Part shown: positions 7,560 through 12,111 of the stretch, in pieces | Layout of the letters: every line of letters begins with the position of its first letter | Numbering within the stretch: the stretch's first letter is position 1 | Source of the DNA: an uncultured archaeon | GTDB taxonomy: Archaea > Asgardarchaeota > Thorarchaeia > Thorarchaeales > Thorarchaeaceae | Direction: 5' to 3' | Assembly: GCA_964473825.1 (NCBI GenBank) | Contig: CAYYQL010000055.1 | Span: 1-12,111 of the forward strand | Length of the DNA stretch: 12,111 nt | The notes under the pieces: model-generated | What the model was told of the DNA's origin: nothing | The model's database searches: none | The model's input: only the letters and a program-made list of their open reading frames with translations | Program-made: the position numbers and the translations under genes

Positions 7560-7776
7560 CAATCGAAGTGCTCCACATGAATTGTTCAAGTTGTTCAAAG
7601 GCCCTCCTCAGCTCTTTGGCTCCAAGAAACTGAATACTCTGAACATATCTCTCTTCGAATTCTCCCGCCCTTCTCACACAAGAGGCCATTTCTTCTCTTA
7701 CTGCATCACTCTCCACACTCTTGACCAGGGGAGAGATATCCCATTCAGGGATAGAATCATCTGTCATCACAAACAC
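7543..7776 (-). pseudogene. truncated oligoendopeptidase F paralog (first 67 codons homologous, then 10 unrelated codons)
   Basis: 28/29 aa identical to the start of the intact PepF, then 19/38 identical up to …EQFM, then WSTSIGFIFI*. No catalytic domain. Confidence 0.92.
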
Positions 7777-7839
7777 CCCGCAATAGCCTACTTTCAGTCA
7801 GGAAGGGCAGTATGATATATCCCTTTCGTGCGGGAGAGA
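7688..7839 (-). repeat. direct repeat copy 2 (pepF promoter + first 29 codons)
   Basis: ~93% identical to 5241..5392. Confidence 0.97.
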
Positions 7840-7917
7840 AACGTCCGTTCGAGTGACTACCGAGGTAGGGCCGGAGCTAAGATCCGAAGAACTCGCGATT
7901 TGTAACGATTTGCTTCA

Positions 7918-7931
7918 GGGATATTAATAAG
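7918..7931 (+). promoter_or_regulatory. TATA-like element upstream of the GNAT gene
   Basis: GGGATATTAATAAG ~55 nt before ATG 7985; AGGAGG/AGGT SD-like motifs at 7965..7978. Confidence 0.45.
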
Positions 7932-7984
7932 ACTCATTCCCACTCTCATCGATTAGAGAGGTTTAGGAGGTTGTAGGTATTCTG

Positions 7985-9283
7985 ATGGATAACTATGACT
8001 GGTTGAATGCCCCAGAAGGATTTGAATTTGGATTTGCTGAGACTGATGTACAGATTACTGAAGTAGTGCAATTTCATACAGATATCTTTGGAGAATCTTA
8101 TGGAAAATTCCTCAGGCGCCTGATTGACAATCATCCCGGTTTCAGGAATAGAATGAGCCCATTCATTCGTGATTTAGATTCCGGAAAGATTATTTCATCA
8201 GTTGTTGCCTTTCCGAGTGACTGGTCATATGATGGAATCATTATCCGAAATCTTGAGATGGTATTTGTTGGGACCGCAGAAGCCTACAGAAATCGGGGGC
8301 TCTTCAATGTCCTGTATAGGTACCTCGATAGATTGATCAAAGAGGGAGATTATGACCTATCCTCAGTTCAAGGCATCCCCTATTTTTATAGAAAATATGG
8401 CTATGATCTTATCATTCCAAATCTGTACCCTTGCCCAATCAACCTCCCGATTGGGAATATTCCAGTGTTCAAGTCAGAGTCGGAACCTGAATTCATGGGT
8501 ATTGCCATTAGATCAGCTGAATATAGTGACCTCGACTCCTTGATGACGCTCCTTCAGGAGACCAATCAGAAGTCATTGGTTGCTGCTGTCAGGAGCAGGG
8601 AGCTCTGGAAAATCCAAGAACGCCTGAAGATGGATATCTCATGGAGCTTCGAGACCTTTGTCCTTGAGAATGATGGCATCATTGATGGGTACTTTCGCCT
8701 ACTGGAATATGGAGGTATGGGCCAAACGGATTCATTGGTTGTTACTGAATCCAGTATCAGATCTTATGACTCGACGATGAGGACTTTGTATTTCATCAAA
8801 TCCCTGGCTGAAGAGAAGGCCGTCCGAACATTGAGGGTACCGGGACATCTCTCTTCAAAGCTCGGAAAGCTTGCATTGGACTATGGAGGCACACATAGAC
8901 TGGTGTGGAAACATCAAATTCGGGTTCCGGATTTGACTGGATTTCTGAACAAGATTCGCCCAGTTCTTGAGCAGAGACTGAAAAGAACGATGTTTGAGAA
9001 TCTTACAAAGGAGATTTTTCTCAATACCTATAGGAGCTGTCACAGGCTTAACTTTGTGAAGGGATCTCTCGATACAATCGAAGATATAGGTCCACAACCA
9101 CCAAATACGTATATCCAACTACGTCTTCCACCTGATAGTTTCATTCGCTTGATGTTTGGTGACTACTCACTCTCTGAACTAGAGAAACAGAACCTGGAGA
9201 TTATCATCGGTAGGGGTTATAGAGAGTTATTTGAGACCCTGTTTCCCACTGGAGAGAGTTTTATTTATCACTATCATTGTTGA
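7985..9283 (+). CDS. Eis-like GNAT N-acyltransferase with probable C-terminal SCP2-like domain, 432 aa
   Basis: Acyl-CoA-binding motif A (VGTAEAYRNRGLFNVL) and GIPYFYRKYGYD; a second GNAT-like start (IRSAEYSDLDSL); C-terminal IRVPDLTGFL…RLMFGDYSL…LFETLFP typical of Eis-type SCP2-like tails. Confidence 0.9.
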   Translation: MDNYDWLNAPEGFEFGFAETDVQITEVVQFHTDIFGESYGKFLRRLIDNHPGFRNRMSPFIRDLDSGKIISSVVAFPSDWSYDGIIIRNLEMVFVGTAEAYRNRGLFNVLYRYLDRLIKEGDYDLSSVQGIPYFYRKYGYDLIIPNLYPCPINLPIGNIPVFKSESEPEFMGIAIRSAEYSDLDSLMTLLQETNQKSLVAAVRSRELWKIQERLKMDISWSFETFVLENDGIIDGYFRLLEYGGMGQTDSLVVTESSIRSYDSTMRTLYFIKSLAEEKAVRTLRVPGHLSSKLGKLALDYGGTHRLVWKHQIRVPDLTGFLNKIRPVLEQRLKRTMFENLTKEIFLNTYRSCHRLNFVKGSLDTIEDIGPQPPNTYIQLRLPPDSFIRLMFGDYSLSELEKQNLEIIIGRGYRELFETLFPTGESFIYHYHC

Positions 9284-9302
9284 ATTTGGAGAGAAAGCGC
9301 GG

Positions 9303-9325
9303 TGAGAGAGGATTGACCTCTCTCA
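9303..9325. terminator. 9-bp hairpin between the convergent GNAT and acylase genes
   Basis: TGAGAGAGG-ATTGA-CCTCTCTCA, 19 nt after the GNAT stop. Confidence 0.6.
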
Positions 9326-9439
9326 AATTGTGATTCGAAACCACCTCTGCTTCTCTTGCCTGTACAGCAGATAGTCAGGTCCGAAGACTTCCAGAGCCAT
9401 GACAATCTTCAAGAGAGTAGACCATCCGCCACCGTTGTA

Positions 9440-11731
9440 TCACCGAGTCCTGAGAAAGAGGGTTGCTTTTCTCTCACGCTCGATGTCGTTTCTCTCGAAC
9501 AACATTTGATGATACTCTCCTTTCACCCATGGCTGAATCATGTCAGAGTAGTGTTCACTCATTGGATTCTCTGATTGTCCTGGTGGTGCAATCGCCGCTG
9601 AGTTACCCAAGTCACCAAAGTCCAGAATCATCCTGAAGGATACCCCTCCTACACATCTGTAATCATCCAACGTGTTTACCCCGAATGAGTTGACTGTGAA
9701 CAAATCTCCTGGTAGTTCAAAGGGACCCCGGTTCAGCATATTCAAATCTGGATGGAGCGCTGATAGAGAATTGACAAATGTGATGTGATGTTCTAGACCC
9801 CATCTCCAGTTGTCGATGTTTCTTCCATGCTTTGCGACAATGTCTTCCAGAGCCTCCTGGAGACAGCTTTTCAGCATGTTATCACGATTTGTTGTGTTCT
9901 TATTGCTCTCTCCTGGATACATCCAAGCAGATGGATATTTCAAATAGTAGAGAGGATTTGCCGCAGCTAGCATGAATATAATGTATAGTTCATCACCCAA
10001 TCTATCTTTGAGAAGTGCTTCCAAGAACTTCCTAATCCATACATGGTAAATCAGTGCAGCAGCACTATCAGCACTCACCTGGAATCTCCAATTCTTAAGA
10101 ATCGCAATCGCCTTTTCCTGTAGTTCATTGTCTGGATCTATTCTTGTCAAATATCCACAGATATCTCGAGCTCGCTGTGAGTAGATGTCATTCTGAATCC
10201 GTTTGAAATCCTCGCTGTCCAATTTCTGTTTTTCAAGCAGGAGTTCCGTGATGCGATCTACTCTGTCAGGAGAACAGTAGAAGTTCGTGATTGGGTATGG
10301 ATAGTCTTCAGGTACTATTTTGTTGTTCGCTGTAGCGATTAAGTTTGCTCCAGGGTTGAGTGAGTAGGGCATCTCTTCAAACGGGATATAACCATCCCAT
10401 TCATACTCATCAGTCCATCCGGGTACTGGGACGACACCCGTCCCTTTCTTTCTGATTGGGACTCTCCCTGACACATAGAATCCTATGTTACCATCAACAT
10501 CCGCGTATACTATGTTCTGACTCGGCAGCGTCCAGTGTCGGATTGCCTCTTTGAAATCTGTCCAGCTCTTTGCCTTGTTGAGATGGAGGACAGCAGCAAA
10601 CAACTCCGTGATATCAAGCTCGTTCTCGATGCTCTTGTATCCAAGCTTATAGCTCTTATCAATTGGCAAGTAATCGAGCTTCTTGCTACCGACAAAGAAG
10701 GATTCAAGGATTGGTCCATGTTCTGATATTTTGAAATCTTTCTTCAGGGCGTCCTTTCCTCTTATTTTGATTGTTTCTTCAACGGTCTTGAAGTCTTGCC
10801 ACTCATCACCGCTGAGATATTGATCGGGGTTATCGGGATTGAGTCTCTCAATGTACAGGTCTTGAACATCAGCAAATGAGTTTGTGCAGCCCCATCCTAT
10901 CTGGTCATTATGACCTATTGTTATTCCGGGGATTCCTAGAATCGAGAATCCAACGACACTCAAGTTGGGTGCATTCAGATGGTTCTGATACCATATGCCG
11001 GGTAGGGTTATCATCAAGTGAGGGTCATTGGCTAAGAGAGGTTTTCCACCCACTGTTTTTTCTCCTGATACGACCCAATTATTGCTGCCAATCGTATTCT
11101 CAATGAGCGAAAAATAGTCATACTCCATTTGGGCAGCGAACGACGGAGTCCGACTCACCGGGAATAGAGCGAGTGCCGCTTTTTTTCCGAGCTTCTCTAT
11201 GAGTTGCAACCTCAGGAACTTAAAGAAATGAGTGCCTGTGAGTGCAAATGAGATTGAAAGCACAGACAATATGGAATCCCTGATTGTGAACTCATCAGGA
11301 CTGAACTGAAGTACTTGATAGCCAATAGGGAGTGAATCCCCCTTCGCGGAGATGAATTCATTGATTCCTGAGTTGTAGGCTGATACCATCGCAATATGGT
11401 CGTCTTTGTGATCGACCTGCTGTGCAAGTTTTTCCGCAATTCTGTGGAAACCAAGATTTCTATAGAATATGTCTGATTTGAGCATGGGTTCTCCAAATAT
11501 CTCGGATAACGTTCCACTGGTACTCCTTCTAATCATCTCCATCTGCCATAGTCTATCCTGCGCAGTAGTATATCCCTGTGCCAAGAATAGGTCGTTGAGG
11601 TTCTTTGCATAGATGTGTGGAACCCCCTGTGCGTCTCGTATTATTTCTACATCCTGTTCAAGTCCATCTATTCTGACCTCTCCTTCCACTGTTGGAAGGG
11701 AGGATTTCATTCTCTCTAAGAGGTCTGACAT
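9440..11731 (-). CDS. penicillin acylase family (S45) Ntn hydrolase, 763 aa
   Basis: IIRDAQGVPHIYA…AQGYTTAQDRLWQME; autocleavage/nucleophile motif GSNNWVVSG…LLANDPHL (Ser codon 11084..11086); QNIVYADVDGNIG; TANN; PGQSENPMSEHYSD. No signal peptide. Confidence 0.97.
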   Translation of the reverse strand: MSDLLERMKSSLPTVEGEVRIDGLEQDVEIIRDAQGVPHIYAKNLNDLFLAQGYTTAQDRLWQMEMIRRSTSGTLSEIFGEPMLKSDIFYRNLGFHRIAEKLAQQVDHKDDHIAMVSAYNSGINEFISAKGDSLPIGYQVLQFSPDEFTIRDSILSVLSISFALTGTHFFKFLRLQLIEKLGKKAALALFPVSRTPSFAAQMEYDYFSLIENTIGSNNWVVSGEKTVGGKPLLANDPHLMITLPGIWYQNHLNAPNLSVVGFSILGIPGITIGHNDQIGWGCTNSFADVQDLYIERLNPDNPDQYLSGDEWQDFKTVEETIKIRGKDALKKDFKISEHGPILESFFVGSKKLDYLPIDKSYKLGYKSIENELDITELFAAVLHLNKAKSWTDFKEAIRHWTLPSQNIVYADVDGNIGFYVSGRVPIRKKGTGVVPVPGWTDEYEWDGYIPFEEMPYSLNPGANLIATANNKIVPEDYPYPITNFYCSPDRVDRITELLLEKQKLDSEDFKRIQNDIYSQRARDICGYLTRIDPDNELQEKAIAILKNWRFQVSADSAAALIYHVWIRKFLEALLKDRLGDELYIIFMLAAANPLYYLKYPSAWMYPGESNKNTTNRDNMLKSCLQEALEDIVAKHGRNIDNWRWGLEHHITFVNSLSALHPDLNMLNRGPFELPGDLFTVNSFGVNTLDDYRCVGGVSFRMILDFGDLGNSAAIAPPGQSENPMSEHYSDMIQPWVKGEYHQMLFERNDIERERKATLFLRTR

Positions 11732-11980
11732 TTGAATCTCTCCAGCCGCGAACTGAAAAACTCTTTGGGCCCTCTTCCTAATCAGTATATCGTCAAAATA
11801 GTCAATGAATCAGAATATAACGAAAAGGAAGAATTGGGGAATAGAAATCTACCTTGAGAGTTAGAACTACGTCTGCTTCTTTTGGGGATAGGGGAGGTCT
11901 TCAGGTCTGGAAGTCTTGTGAGCTGATTCCTCCGATGAGCCGGGTCTATCAAATACCGCTACGTCTCTAGTTAACAATGT

Positions 11981-12111
11981 TCACCTTCTCAAAGAGAACT
12001 CGACATGCTTGCTCCCCCAGAGAGTGCAGAAACTGACATCGCATCCCATAACAGTTTTCGTGAAATCCAGAAAGTGCTTCTCTTTATCTGGTTCCCAATA
12101 ATACTCTTCTA
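11981..12111 (-). CDS. 3' end of a hypothetical gene entering from the right edge
   Basis: Open frame …EEYYWEPDKEKHFLDFTKTVMGCDVSFCTLWGSKHVEFSLRR* ending at TGA 11981..11983. Confidence 0.5.
   Translation of the reverse strand, partial: EEYYWEPDKEKHFLDFTKTVMGCDVSFCTLWGSKHVEFSLRR

Noticed and set aside
5427-9283. RiPP biosynthetic cluster (POP as macrocyclase plus GNAT tailoring)
   Set aside because: No convincing precursor peptide, modification enzyme or exporter in the window; the only adjacent small ORF is explained as a pepF stub.
3403-11517. Short antisense and alternate-frame ORFs inside or overlapping pepF, POP, GNAT and the acylase
   Set aside because: They overlap well-supported long genes and show no independent coding signals.
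1-12111. CRISPR array, tRNA/rRNA, IS element
   Set aside because: No periodic short repeats, cloverleaf or rRNA signatures, or transposase ORFs were seen.

Overview
This looks like an archaeal chromosomal accessory region. BRE/TATA-type promoters, GGTG/GGAGG ribosome-binding sites and the gene content suggest an Asgard/Thorarchaeota-like host, but that taxonomy is inference only. The right two-thirds is a peptide/amide-processing cluster: M3B oligoendopeptidase F, S9A prolyl oligopeptidase (POP), an Eis-like GNAT/SCP2 acyltransferase and an S45 penicillin-acylase-family Ntn hydrolase. The left third is a patchwork of small minus-strand genes (two DUF2283 antitoxin-like genes, a 2Fe-2S ferredoxin, three unknown membrane proteins) mixed with gene relics (a toxin 3' end and a metallo-beta-lactamase HxHxDH fragment). 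The most striking structure is a 152-bp, ~93% identical direct repeat of the pepF promoter plus first 29 codons. It brackets the POP gene with a 2447-bp period, and the second copy continues into a truncated pepF paralog that is only ~50% identical at protein level. The POP also has several non-canonical substitutions in its S1 pocket. No tRNA, rRNA, CRISPR array, transposase or integrase was seen.
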